Shown here: positions 24,615 to 38,546 of the stretch, in pieces
Layout: each line of letters starts with the position of its first letter
Numbering within the stretch: position 1 is the stretch's first letter
Origin: Stegostoma tigrinum
Taxonomy: Eukaryota
DNA length: 64,000 nt
NCBI RefSeq assembly: GCF_030684315.1
Contig: NC_081356.1
Location: forward strand, 79,468,835 to 79,532,834
Direction: 5' to 3'
Position numbers and translations under genes: made by a program
The notes under the pieces: model-generated
Database searches by the model: none
Seen by the model: the letters and a program-made list of their open reading frames with translations, nothing else
What the model was told of the DNA's origin: nothing

Positions 24615-26798
24615 CCGTGTTGGTCCCTCTTATTCATACTGTAGTGGATAGTTGTAAATGCAGTAGGTAGACAGGTAAGGATGAGGTCTACTAAGTTTTT
24701 TTTTCTTTTGTTAATTTCTTCATTTGATGCAGGCCCATTCTATCAACCGTCTTTTAAGACCCAGCTAGCTTGGTACTACATATTGAGGCCCCACACCCAG
24801 AGTATAGCTTTGCCACCCAAGTGCCTCTTTCAAATGTTATTCAAGATTGAGGAGTACTAAATTATCAGCTGGGGTAAGAGGTGCAGTAAGTGATAATCAG
24901 CAGGCAGTTTCCTTGCCATGTCGACGTGATACAATGAGACTTCATTGTGTTGAGAGTAAATGTTCTGGATTCCCATTGAACACCCATCCACTGTTTACCA
25001 CCATGTTCCCACATCTGATGGGTCTGTTTTGCCAATTGGGCAGGGCATACCTAGGGCTGATTATGGCTGTACCTGTGATGTCAATAATACCAGGGTTTGT
25101 GAGGAGAAATTACACAACCCAGTTCTATTCCCAAAATTTCAGAGATAATTTTCTAGATTTTATGGTAGACAAATATTATTTTCACTATGTATGGGAGCCT
25201 ATTATTGGGGGCATTTTCAAAAAATTGAACTATGAATTAATTTATAGTTTCATTTCTGAAATAAAATTCAGAAATATACTTACATGAAGAGTGATAGAAA
25301 TTTCTTCCACAATAATAATTGACAAAATGGTTAACTAACTTTCTTCACACCTGCTGCCAGACCTGTTGAGTTTGTGTTTATTTCAGATTTCCAGCATCCT
25401 CAGAATGTTGCTTTTATTTCAGGTTCACCTAAGTTCAATACCTGTTAGCCCTACCTTCCTACTCAGTTCTGTCTGCTTAGAATCCATTGGCTTGAAAAGC
25501 GTATTGAGGTTTACAGAAAAATAAATCAAATTAAGCATTCTAAAATTTTGCTTTCAAATTCCAGTTGGAGAGAATATTTGATTTTTAAATGGTGGAATTG
25601 AGGAAATGCATTGACTGAAATCTCAAATCCATGGCTCATAGCTAATGTAAAATTAAAGTAGCATGTTAGAGAAATTGAGAATTCATTCAGAAAATGATCA
25701 GGTAGGCAGGTATTCTTGACTTTGTTGTAGTTAGGTTATTAATGTACAAAATACATTTGATCCATGGTAATGATTTTGAATGTTGTCTCTGTGCTTGGCA
25801 TTAATGTGTAAAGTGCTTAGCCTGCTGCCTGGCAAGCTAATACACCACCTTTATAGTGATCCATAGGCTCTGGATTAGCTGAAGTAAATTAAGTTCATAA
25901 TCTCTTATTTGGTATAAAATATGTTGGAAGCTTAGAGCATGGAACAACTCAAACCAAAGTTTAATAACCTTTTACAGCCACAAATTTACTTAATCTCATT
26001 TTTTTATGAAAGGATTTAATATTAAAATGTTACCAAATTAGTTTTTCAGTGTTGCGAAGCAGATTTTTTTACTGAGGGATGAACTCTCAAAACTCTTTGT
26101 TCTATCTAGAATTGATCGGAGCATATTATAGAGTGTAAGTGAGTCAAATAATTGTCTGGTAAAGCTGATATTTGGGTTTTGTAACAGGTTTTTGGCTTTG
26201 TTTAATAACTATAACATCATTGTGGATTTATTAAATCATTCACTCTTAATGTCATCATTGGCATTTAACATCCTGGCACTCCTGTTTCACATCAAATCTG
26301 TCAGACATATCTTAGCTATATTTATAGCAGTTTGTCACGGATAAATGTGTGCAATGATCTACATCTAGTGTGCGAGTAAATTTCCTGGTCAAAATACACA
26401 AGTCTAATCTTACATAATGCAGCTCTTCATTATGTTGTGCAGGTTTCCATTAGCCCCATTGCTGGTCTGCTGCATTTCCACTAGATCTACAAGCCATCAA
26501 CAATTCCCAGCTGATCCATCTAATGTTTTTCAATGATAAAACTATACTAGGTCCCATCAGCAGAAGTGTGGCAGTTTAGAAACACCCAGAACATCACGAA
26601 GAATCTGAACAGGATACAATTTCCAGATGAGGCTGTAACTCATGAAGATCTTTGCCCAAACACATTCAGCTAGCCTTCTCTTTTATATTTTATTGACTTG
26701 ATCTGTGTCATCACTATTTTCTATTTTTATTTTATACACTCTTCAATTTCACCGAGACAAAATGATATTAAAAAAATAACATTTAACTTGGCAGCTTA

Positions 26799-28155
26799 GC
26801 CTGAATTCTTGCTCTGGGCCAGATTCACAGAGTTGTAACAATACCCAGCTTTGAAAACCCAACTCATGAAATAATGACACAGAACCGGATGGGGAGGTGA
26901 TTATGAGAATCATGTATTCAGCCTTTGGAAGGAGCTCAAAGGCAGCCACAGAGGCTACTGGATGTAGATGTGGGCTGTCAAAATGGCCTGTGTGCTCTGG
27001 CACTTTAAAAGAAAAGCAATAAAACAAAATATCTTTTTGGGTGCCTTTACCCTTCACACTCTGTCACTTTCCCATACTCATTCTCAATGCCACAGTCATA
27101 CAAACTCATGCCACTTCATCTAATTCATGGTCGCTCATCCTTGTACCTTAACCTATAATGTCACCCAACCTCTCATGGTGCCTCATATTCTCCGTGCCAC
27201 CCTATGGCCTCCTACCCACTCCCATAATTTATAGTTTCTAAGGTAACTCATACCAACATATGCACCCCATTCCTCACACTTTGCCCTTATAATTTCCATG
27301 TCAACTAATCTAATACCACCACAGGCAGACCTCAGGATCCATGGCAAGATTAAATAAAGATCTTAAGTGTATATTGATGAACTCACAATTTTTAAAAAAC
27401 ACACATTGCTTAAGATCCTAACAACGACATTTAACTCTTGTAATCCCTGATAGTAATAAGTATTTGTATTCATAATACCCATTTAAGTACTTTATAAGCA
27501 CTTGGAGCTATCAATCAAACTGTAAACTGACAGGACCCCCACCATGATAATAGCTTGTGAAGTTAGCCATGCAGTACTAATCTGACAATAATAGGCTTAT
27601 GTCAACAGACAGAATAGGATAGCAGGTACAGAGCTTTTTTTGATCTCTACAGATACTTTTTGTTTTCAAATTTTTAGAGGCTGCAAAATGCCTTAAATAT
27701 CTTGCATCTTTACAGCTCCCTTTGGTAGCTCCTTTTCACAGTTTCAGTTCATTTACTGCACATCTTACACACATTAACATCTACTTTTAGTGACTGTAAA
27801 GGTTACTTGACCGCTCCCAGAGCTGTCCTTGGATCATATCCAAAGGATATCTTACATCCCTGAAGGAATAACTAGCTTTCCAAGGAACTCTAATATGTTC
27901 TGACCGCTTTCCTGCGATTCTAAAGAAATCATATTTTGGAAATTCTGCATAAAAAAAACTTCTGGTCTGTGTGAAGACAGCTTCGCTTTAACTTATGCAG
28001 TTGCCTCCATGATCAGCAAATGTGCAAAACGCAAGCCACTCTCATTCCTGTAACACCTTGTATTAATGGGGAAGGCTGTGTTAAGGGGCAGGACATCCAG
28101 ATTTGGGCTTCCAGTGCCAATTCCAGACAGCTTCTGTCTGTGCAAAAATTAAGCC
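26799..28155. mobile_element. Putative non-autonomous PIF/Harbinger-type DNA transposon
   Basis: 14-bp imperfect TIRs gcctgaattcttgc / gcaaaaattaagcc (11/14 match) flanked by TTA both sides; interior resembles 62030-62410. Confidence 0.45.
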
Positions 28156-28365
28156 TTACTGCCTACAATTTTTAGTAACTGAATGAACTCATGACAACAA
28201 TTATAACAACTTGCATTAATATAACATCTTAATGTGATAAATCTTCCCCAATGATACTTGGTAAGAGTAATTATTAAAACAAATTTTGACAACAGGCCAA
28301 GCAACATATGTTAGGATAAGTTATTAAGAGTATGTTAGGTAAAGAGTCAAGTTAGGTAAAGGGGA

Positions 28366-29088
28366 AGCACAGTGAGATCTAGGTGTTCTTGTACATCAGT
28401 CAATGAAAGAAAGCATGCACGTACAGCAGGTAGTGAAGAAAGCTAATAGCATGCTGGCCTTCATAACAAGAGGGATTGAGTATAGGAGCAAAGAGGTCCT
28501 TTTGCAGCTGTACAGGGCCCTGGTGAGACCGCACCTGGAGTAGTATGTGCAGTTTTGGTCTCCAAATTTGAGGAAGGACATTCTTTCTATTGAGGAAGTG
28601 CAGCGTAGGTTCACAAGGTCAATTTCCAGAATGGCAGGACTATCATATGTTGAAAGATTGGAGCGACTGGGCTTGTATACACTGGAGTTTAGAAGGATGA
28701 GAGGGGATCTGATTGAGGCGTATAAGATTATTAAAGGATTGGACACTCTGGAAGCAGGAAGAGTGTTTCCGCTGACGGGTGAGTCCAGAACCAGAGGACA
28801 CAGTTTAAAAATAAGGGGTAGGCCATTTAGAACAGAGTTGAGGAAAAACTTCTTCACCCAGAGAGTGGTGGATATATGGAATGCTCTGCTCCAGAAGGCA
28901 GTGGAGGCCAACTCTCTGGATACTTTCAAGAAAGAGATGGATAGAGCTCTTAAACATAGTGGAATCAAGGGTTATGGGGATAAGGCAGGGACAGGATACT
29001 GATTGTGGATGATCAGCCATGATCATAATGAATGGCGATGCTGGCTTGAAGGACCGAATGGCCTACTCCAGCACCTATTGTCTATGTT
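28366..29088 (+). mobile_element. Young 5'-truncated CR1 LINE
   Basis: Nearly intact ORF2 C-terminus (one stop near 28541; ORF 28547..29002 QFWSPNLRKDI...RRFTR...FFTQRVV.IWNAL) plus 3' UTR gaatggcctactccagcacctattgtctatg. Confidence 0.93.
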
Positions 29089-29493
29089 GTAAGGAATACA
29101 GTGGTTTAAAAGGCAGAGGTTTTGCAGGACATTCTGCAGCGTTTGGCCTGGAATTTGAACACACTCCTCAGAATTGTTAGGTCTTACACTAGCAGTTTGA
29201 AAGAAGTGGGAAGATCAGAATAATTGTACTGCTATCGCAATTGATGAAAGCCATATATCTTCTCTCACGTAGGGCAATAATCACAAGTTGAGGCAATTAT
29301 TCTTAGTGTCCTTCCTTAAGACATGAACATGTAGAATTCCACAAATTTATTATTTAGCTCACTTGATGATCAGGATTAAAAGTGCTCAAAGTCATTGACA
29401 TTGATCTGATGGAACACAAATAAGTTGCTCTTAATTCATGTTATTGATATGATTTGACAAAAATCAGACCAAACCATTCTCTCCCTTCACGCT

Positions 29494-29744
29494 TGTGAGA
29501 ATTAGAACAGAAATAACTCTACAGAGGCTGGTATCCCATCACCAACTCATCCTTTATTTACATGTAGAGAGTCCTTGACGCTGATCTATCTCCCTCCAGA
29601 GCCAGTTCCCAGAATGAGCAGATGTCTGACATTTCTGTTCTTATCTGTCAGTTTCAGCTCCCTGATTGGGCCAGATTAACAGCCTCAATCAGGGAACTCA
29701 TATTCAATGAGATTCACCTGGCTGACCTTGTTACAATCACCACA
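29494..29744 (-). mobile_element. Solo-LTR-like repeat
   Basis: TGT...ACA termini, minus-strand AATAAA near 29552, second copy at ~14403; no TSD found. Confidence 0.55.
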
Positions 29745-32549
29745 AGATCATTAGCAGTTGCCTGCACCCAAATAGTGATCGTTGACATTTAGGATATTTG
29801 CCAAACCAGAGACTTTGTTTCCATACCTCATCTAATTTTCTCTCATTCATTGTGACTGAGTCAGTTTTTTTGAAACACTCAATATGACTGCCTAAGAGAC
29901 TTGAAAAAGTTAAGCAAGCAGCACCAAAAGACTAGATAGGAGGACTAGTAGAAATGTTGGATGTCTAGTTTGTAGATCGTCCAAGTGTAGATTCAAATTA
30001 TTGGGTTGCAGAAGTGTATTTGAAGCAAATTTGGCAGTTGGTGTAAGGAATTTGGAAGCAGATTGGTAAATGGGGAAGAAAGTACTGAGGACATATTGAG
30101 TGGATTTCTCTTCCTAACAACACTCTGGGTCTACCTACACCGTATAGTCTGGCAGTTCAAAAGGTGGCTTACCACCATCTTAAGGGAAATTAAGAATGGG
30201 CAATAAATGCTGTCCATGTTAGTGACATTACTATCCCATGACAAAAATAAAGGCTCAGAAGTTTTAGGGGCAAAACAATGTGAGTTCCTGCCTTCCACTG
30301 CAACCAACCACTTTTCAAGAGTATTTTATTCCCAAGATTCTAAAAGTGCTTATTATTATGCTACCTCAGGATATATATACACGTTATAGCTGTACATCAC
30401 GAGTTCACCTCTAATTCTTGAAATTAAATCTATTAATTGAGAAAAATATTTATTCACTATTAACTCAGAAGACTGTATGCTCAATAAAAGTACTATTAAA
30501 TAGTTGGTTTTAAAAAACTGTTAGGAGCGAGTAAAGCTTCAAATGAAAACTGCTTTTGTGTTGACCAAAAATGTTAATTAGGAGTGTTGATTTATAGTAT
30601 AGAACCTGTGCATGCCCTGAGCCATTAACTCTCTTATATTGTTCTTTGACTTTGGATTTTCATGACAACCAATTGATTAGAATGATAAGACAGCAATAGG
30701 AACTTTAATTAATCTTCTAATAAAGTTCATAAAATGTCACAAGTCAGATAAAGACTTCGTTTCCATGAAGCCATTGTGTATGTGTGATTAATTAGTATTC
30801 TGTCAGTAATCAACTTGAAAACCCCACAGGCATTACAACATTATCACGTTTGAGTTATGATTTCAGCAAAACTTTGTTGTTACAACATTCACTGAACCTG
30901 AAAGACAGGAAGCTGTAATGTTTAAATATTAATGCTAGTTTATGGGAATATGGTCATTGTATTGTTTAATTCATAAGAACCACATATACACATTACAGAA
31001 CACATATTAAAATTAAGTGCAGTAATTTCAGGAGATAACTGAGGAGTCAAGCAAAATAATTGTAAGACATAGTAAATGCTTGATGTTCACAGCAGATCCT
31101 TTTTGATCTGAAGAGAAAGGATATGTTAATTTTACCAAATCACATTAATGGAATGATGAGTTTCAAATAAAGTCTTTATATAAAAATTATGAATGCATGC
31201 CACTCATAAAAACAAAGTACCCCTGATAAATTTAATTTAACACATGGAATGTCAGAATGAGTGACCCTGGCAAAAGCGAGCTTTAATTCTTGAACGTATC
31301 TTTCAATCCAGAACAGTGATCACATTTTTCACTGAGCTGCAAATTATTACCCAGAAGCAGCTTTGTTTTCAGACCAGCCACTGTAGCGAAACCTTGATTG
31401 TACAAAATTCTCCTTTATTTGATATCAGCAAAGTGCGACAGCACTCATCTATCATGCTGTGATCTAAAATAATAGTTCACTTCGCTATCTTGAAAATTCC
31501 ATTTTCTGGCTCAAGGTTACAGTGTTGGAATTTTAAGTATTCTAAACATGTAAGGTTTTTTTGTTAAATGCACTGAAGCCTTGAGTTTATTTGGGTTCTA
31601 TGCTTGTTCAGAGTTCATCATCAACTACATTTTATTTTATTAAAATAGTAGAAATGTGGCAAGTTTAGCTGAACTGTTCACATCCAATTTCATATTAAGT
31701 AATCGTCGTGATCATGTGTCCAATTTTGGGAACATCTTTGTTCACCCCACAGATCGGGGATATTTGAACACTCATGAATGGGTAGGTTGGAGCTGGTGGA
31801 CAGTAACACTCTGAAATTTTCAGACCAAGCCCCAATCAATTCTGGGTTGAATGCAGACATGTCAGATTGGGTGACTAATGCATCCTTAGGAAGTCACCAG
31901 AGTAACTGCATGTTTCTAGTTTAACCAAATTTTCAATGCAACTTAAGGAAATCAGGATTCCAAGGTCTCCAGAAACCTGTCAGGCAAAATGAGAGAGATA
32001 TGAATCCATGACACATTTCACAGCTTGTGAACAAGATGAATGGGAGTATTTTTCCAGACCCAATAAACTTCCATTGTGACATCTAAGTTTCATTTCCAAT
32101 GTCTGATTCCTATCACAGTTTTCCACTTTATCTCTCACACCACACAAAAATTTCCTTCTCCCCCTGTCAGATGGTCAAGTTGACAGACAATCAAGCAGGA
32201 AGTATATGAAAAAAAATGAAATTGATCTTGCCATTAGGTTTGGCAGGATCTGTAGAATCTCTTCTGGGAATAAAGATCAGTGCACTCACCCCTCTGTGAT
32301 CTCTCTCTTCCTCTACTAATGAGCTTTCCTCCAGCTTTGCTCAGCCTGTTCAAGAGCTTGGCCACCCCCCCCCCCCAAAGCCAGCTCAGCCAATGAATCA
32401 AATAGAAAACATTTAATATTTTAATTCATTTATGTCTGAACATTTTGTTTATGTTATGGAGATGTGTTTCTTCTCTTTTCTGGATTTGCATGGTAATTAT
32501 GAAACACCAAGGTAAAATAGATTTCATCTTCTTTGTTCTTTTATTGTAG

Positions 32550-32641
32550 TGTACTGAAACATCGTACTTCTTTGAGGTTCCCAATAAAGCAGCCTGTAAG
32601 CATCTATGGAGATGCTGTGTGGAATATCATACATTTTTCAG
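32550..32641 (+). CDS. EPB41L4A: EPB41L4A coding exon (end of FERM C-lobe)
   Basis: pyrimidine tract + tag|, |gtatgt; [30 protein letters not shown](R), typical FERM ACKHLW..CVE.H.FFR motif; follows a ~26 kb intron. Confidence 0.96.
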
Positions 32642-34865
32642 GTATGTACCATTATATTCCATTACTACTAATTGTGAACAACAAACAGAACACTAAAAGA
32701 ATATCCCTCTAGCAATTAATGATACGCTAGTAGATGTTTATTTGCACCTAAATTATGATCTTGTTTAAGGTAAATTTAGGAAAGGACTCAGTTTGCTGGT
32801 AAAAGGTTTATGTGCTCTACGCAAGTGAAATATAGTTTTATGGTAGTCAGTTGGATGCAAAGACTACAATTAGACATGCAGTTTCAGACTTTTATATTTT
32901 ATCCAAGTCATCTATCTGTGTAATGAGAGGCGTTTGGGAAGTGTAATATTGCTTTATTTGCCTTTCCTCCATCATTTAATTCACTGGTAGTTAGGAGATT
33001 ACATCTTGCAAAATATGTCAGAATATTAATTGGTGCTGTCTTTGCTCAATAAAAATGCAAGCTCCCTGAGGACATTACATCAGTGCAGTAGCATTTGGAT
33101 ACTGCACTGTAATTGTAGCAGCAGTATTTAACATGAACCTGAGCATCAAAGTGTTGTGCCTGGTCTCTGTCATTGTCGCAGCATTGATAGGGTGCAATTG
33201 CATATGTGCAGCCTGCATTATCTGTTTGGACACTGCAGAAACATGCCCGTAAATGCTGTTGCTCAGTTCAGCTCAATGCTCAAAACCCTGCACTGGCATT
33301 CAAAATTGGTCTTTAAAAGCATTTTTATGAACTAGAATAATAAAGCACCTACCCATCTGGATTCATGATTCAATGGGATCAATCTTTTTAATTAAGTATC
33401 CCTTAAATATGGAAAGTGAATAAAGATTGGATAAATACAACTAAAGAATTCTAACTCCTTAACACCTGGCTAAATGTGTTTCATACACATTGTGCTCCTT
33501 TAATATTTCAAGCTTTCAATTAAAAATAGTTATTATTACTTCAAGTGCTTAGAAAACCCTGAGCCCAAAAATTGATGTATTCTGCTTTAATCTTGCATCC
33601 TGCTTCAGTTCCTGAAGTCACGGGTGTTTACATATGGTGGGCAGTCACCTTCACAGAGTTGCAACTCGGGCATTTTAAAGGTGGTGTTGGCAGAGGAAAT
33701 TTGTGCTTAAAGCCAGTCATAATTGAACCGAGGTAACGGGGGCAGATGGAAATATTTCCTGAGTAACCAGTAGTTTAGCTAGTTTGAGGAAGCTAGCCTT
33801 TAACATTGAGTGGAGTTTTTCTCCAATAGAAAAATGCTTTGTGCAGATTAATCAAAGCATTTCATATTTTGTCTTTATCTGCAAAAAGGGTGAATGTGAG
33901 AAATACACAAATGCACTAGTTCAGGAACATGAAATGCAAGAGGAGCAGCATGCAGATCGTGAAGAAACACTCACGACCATCAGTTCAGACACCAGCACTG
34001 TGCAAACTTTACAGAACAGTGTTGAAGCAGGATCTACACAGTGAGCCCCAGAGCATGAATAACCTACAGGAAGGGCAGGAGTAAAGATAGTACAGGTGCC
34101 AGTCCCTCAGGGGGCAGGGTTGTACTTGTGTTCTCCTGCAGCGAAGTCCAATGAGGACTTTGGGGCAGTTTAGAGGTAAAGGCAGATAAACTTCAAAATG
34201 AATTGTTTGGTGCATTGGCAGGCCTGCCAGAAATCCTGTTGTTACTGAGGATAGAGATGTTTGGCAGCAATTTGGCTCAGTGCTTTAAGTTCCACCTTTC
34301 CAAGGTGGAAGTGGTGACCAGAACAGACGAAGCTGACCAACCCATTATGCAGCATCTGATGGGCGATGCAGCTCAAGCCCAAGCTGCTGAGTGCTGCAGT
34401 AGAAGCTCCGACTAACACCAAAGTTTCTCATCACATTGTCCTGAAAGGTCAGGCTGTGGTCATCACAGCATGGTGCTACAAATCCTGGACTTTATTATAT
34501 TTCAAACTATTTCTGACAATTCAAGGCAAAACTAAGTAGTTTGAGTGTAGGTTTTGGGAGTGTGATTTCTTACAAAATCTTCCCAAATATAAGCTTAAGT
34601 GAGCTTATTCCCTTTGGGAAATGAGTCAGGTCAAAACTTTTAAAGTAAGGTGCAAGTTCTAACATCAGTATGCAAAAGAGGAGGCAGTTGGCCTTGCTAT
34701 GGCCAGACACACTCAGGCAATCACACAGAGTTTTAGTAAAGAAGACCCAAAACAGATGCTGCTTTGCCAAGCAAAGAAAAGAGACTCATTTTGGGCTAAC
34801 CACCAAACAGGGTGCTGGTGAGAATTGATTCCCTCTTCAAAGAAACAAAACTCATCAAGAGCAGA

Positions 34866-35052
34866 GATAATAAAATGTGAGGCTGGATGAACACAGCAGG
34901 CCCAGCAGCATCACAGGAGCACAAAAGCTGACGTTTCGGTTCTAGACCCTTCATCAGCTTTTGTGCTCCTGTGATGCTGCTGGGCCTGCTGTGTTCATCC
35001 AGCCTCACATTTTATTATCTTGGATTCTCCAGCATCTGCAGTTCCCATTATC
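34866..35052. mobile_element. PLE family A fold-back copy
   Basis: Inverted arms; minus-strand core 34930-34957; perfect 16-bp TSD actcatcaagagcaga (34850-34865, 35053-35068). Confidence 0.92.
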
Positions 35053-36610
35053 ACTCATCAAGAGCAGAAGTCGTCTTCTGAAAGTCCATTCGATTATGCT
35101 TAGAAGGTCAATTGAAAGGTGTTTGTTGAAATGATATTATAAGATTCAGTCTGTTGGTGCAGAGACAAGAGATCCTGTTAAAGCTGGAAGGAGATTGTAC
35201 TTCTAACACAAGTCTACATTTCTGAGTATGTAGAGTAATGTATATACATGGTATGGATTTTCTGTTCTGTTAAGAAATTAATGTGAAATACATATTTTAC
35301 AGGTTAGTGCAGCAGTTGCTGACTAAGGTTTAGCTTATTTTTTTTTGGTTGGTTGTAACAATGAAAATCTTAAATAATGACTTTATTTTTGTGTGAAACT
35401 GAGCGTCCACTCATCAGCCATCAGGGCCAGTATTGCATAGGAGCAAAAGGCCAAACAAAAGCACCTGCTACATGGATACTAGCGTCATTTGTATGTTTGA
35501 TTTGTTGCCATTGTGTCGAATACTGAATAGTTTGTCCAGACCATGTCGCTAGTGCCCAAGTTACTGACTTCCACTGCATGTTATTCACATGGACCATGCC
35601 AGAGTAGGTGCATGTGACCGCTCCTCCAATTTTGGATCAAAACAGAACTCAGCACTGACACTGTGGGCACTATGGAGCCCAGTTTTACAGACACTGAGCA
35701 GAACTCAGTGGTGGTGACAATGAATCTCATACTCTCCAGTTAGAGAACCTGCAGGATGTCTGTGTCACCTTTCCACAGGGAGCTCAGCACTACTTCTAGA
35801 CAGCCCAGCACTTACCTGGACAGCGCCAGGGCTTCTACTTGCTTAAAGCATGATTCCAGCAGGAATCCTACCCCCAGAAACTACTGACTAATCCGGGAAG
35901 AGCTGCTCTGTGCTCTCATCAGCATCTCCAGGAGCAGTAGCTACTACCCACTGTGGGGAGGTGAGGTGGAGTGGGGTTCACAGGGTCAGGGAATCACCAG
36001 CAAAGGTTGTTCCTTCACCTGTCAACTCAACACCCACTTTCAGTGTTTGCAATTGGTTTCTGCTTTCCATCACCTTTCCTGTTCTCGACTTCATTGCAAT
36101 TCAAGGGAGGTAGAATATGATGTGATCTAAGCCCTGCACCCTCCCAGCCTAATGCAAGAATAATCCTGCATCCACAACACCCCAACCCCATCATCTTTGA
36201 ACTCCTGATGGGGATCTTGCAGATATTCAATCCAGCTCTGTACCAAGATGGAAATTGCATTGAGAAATATTCTGATTCATTTTTAAATTTATTTCAGCCT
36301 TTAGTTCTTCAATATTTTTTCTCCCATTCTCCTTTTTCTGCTGAGGCCATTATATATTCTGGAATGCAACTATATAAGCTTGAGGCCGTTTGTTCAAGCA
36401 ATAAGGCACTCATTATTGAATTTCTGGGTCACTCAGTAACTGAGCTTGATCCTGTCCTTGCTTTGTCTCCTTCCTCTCTGTACAGCAAATGAAAAATAGA
36501 TGTTGTGAAACTGCATCTTATTAAGTATTATGTTCATTTTTCACTGCAGGGGCATTATAATTGATCAATTCTATGTCTCTAAGTAAAATCCTTCCATTTT
36601 ATTGAATCAG

Positions 36611-36694
36611 ATTACCCGAATCCGAAGAGTATTCAAATTCTATGTCACGAAAACTTAGCAAGTTGGGGTCTCTAGGGTACAGACATCGATACAG
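36611..36694 (+). CDS. EPB41L4A: EPB41L4A coding exon (FERM-adjacent region)
   Basis: cag| ... |gtaatc; (R)LPESEEYSNSMSRKLSKLGSLGYRHRY(S); phase 2 to 2. Confidence 0.93.
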
Positions 36695-37182
36695 GTAATC
36701 AGATTTCTCTAAACAATTGCTTTAGCTTAAGGGGAGGAAATTGTACACAGCAATTCTTTTTGTGAAGTAATCTTTTTTAAAGAAGATGGAAAGTAACTAA
36801 TGCTTCAGTAAATTTGCACAGTGTAAGCATTGTGGTATTTTTGCTTAACAGCCATGCAAGAATTTTCGGATTTCTCATTCAAACTGGGAAAACATTAAAT
36901 GTCGACCTATTCTACTGCATTGATAATGATTGGTTCAGTTCATTTCAATGAATATTGATTCAAGTAATCATAGAACATCTTTCTTTATAGTCATGTCCTG
37001 TCTAATAAATAGCTGATCCCTCTGAATCCATTTTAGATAAGTTACAATTTCACAATGCCTTATTAACCAAGCTAAATTTAACAACATCTTTCATAAAGTT
37101 GATCTTTGTTGAGCATAATAAATCCACAGAAGCTTTGGACAAAGCCAACACTCAAATATATAATTATCAGCCTTATCAAAGT

Positions 37183-37443
37183 GGGAGGCGATGACCTAGT
37201 AGTACTATCACTGCACTATTAATCCAGAGATCCAGATAGCATTCTATGGACCTAGGTTCAAATTCCGCTATCTGCCTTGGCTGAATTTGAATTCAGTAAA
37301 TATCTAGAATTAAGAATCTGATGATGACCATGAATCCATTGCCAATTGTCAGGAAAAACCCATCTGCTTGACTAATGTCCTTTAGGGAAGGAAACTGCCA
37401 TCCTTACCTGCTCTGGCCGACATGTGACTCCAAGCACACAGTA
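37183..37443 (+). mobile_element. Deu-domain SINE
   Basis: Collinear with 24271 copy; cccatctgcttgactaatgtcctttagggaaggaaactgcc. Confidence 0.8.
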
Positions 37444-37464
37444 ATATCTGCACCATAACATAAG

Positions 37465-37985
37465 ACTGTAAGATACAGGAACAGAATTAGGCCATTTGGC
37501 CCATCAGATCTGCTCCAGCATTTGGTCATGGCTGATATGTTTCTCAACCCCATTCTCCTGCAAACTCCCCATAACTCTTCACCCCTTACGAATCAATTTA
37601 TCTATCTCTGCCTAAATTACACTCAATGACTTGGCCTCCAAGACAGCCGACTGCAGCAATGAGTTCCGCAGATTCACTGACCAGTGGCTGTAGAAATTCC
37701 TGCTCATCTCCGTTCTAAAGAGTCACCCCTTCACTCTGAGGCTGTGCCATCAGGTTCTGGTCTCTCCTATTGGTGGAGCCATCTTCTCTTACATCCACTT
37801 TATCCAAGTCTCTCAGTATTCTGTAAGTTTCAATGAGATCTTCCTCATTCTTCTAAACTCCATCGGAGACAGACCCAAAGTCCTGAACTGCTCCTCAAAT
37901 GACAAGCCCTTCATCCTCAGAATCATTCTTATAAAACCCCCTTTGGAACCCCTCCAATGCCAGTACATCCTTCCTTAGACTCAGA
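37465..37985 (-). mobile_element. CR1 3' fragment
   Basis: Highly similar to 14730-15230. Confidence 0.82.
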
Positions 37986-38245
37986 GCCGGTATGTCTGTT
38001 TCCAACTCCTACTCCTCAAACTGCAGAGTAAATTCTGCCATATTATGGTCACTGACCCTTGCGCTTCCATCACCTCAAGGTCTCTAATAAGATTGGACCT
38101 CGTTGTCATGTTGACATGTCCGATATGATGAGACTTTAAAATAAAATTGAACTTTCAGTTGATAGCTAAAAGGAGAATCTAAAATGTTTGCTAAACAAAA
38201 AAAATTGCAGGAGCTGGAAATCAGAGATACATTTTGATCTGAGTC

Positions 38246-38546
38246 AATTTATTGCCCAACCCTAATTGTCCTGAGGGCAGTTAAGACTCGACCACATTGC
38301 TGGGGATCTGAGATCACATGTCAGGAAAGGACAACAGTTTCTTCCCCTAAAGGGCATTAGTGAACCAGATGGGTTTTTCCCCTGATAATCGTCAATTGAT
38401 TCATAGTCTTCATTTGATTCTTCATTCCAAATTAACATTAAATTCAAATTCCACCATCTGCCATGATGGGATTTGAACCCAAGTCCCTACGACATCACCT
38501 GGGTCTCTGCGTTAACAGCCTCGTGTTAATACCAGAAGGCCATCCC
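38246..38546 (-). mobile_element. Deu-domain SINE
   Basis: ccctaaagggcattagtgaaccagatggg; aattcaaattccaccatctgccatgatgggatttgaaccc. Confidence 0.8.

Noticed and set aside
28396-28968. 190-aa minus-strand ORF, the longest in the track after PLE-derived frames
   Set aside because: It is the antisense shadow of the CR1 ORF2 fragment on the plus strand.
33700-36230. GC-richer, coding-like stretches possibly from a decayed DNA transposon
   Set aside because: No diagnostic motif or termini could be identified by eye.
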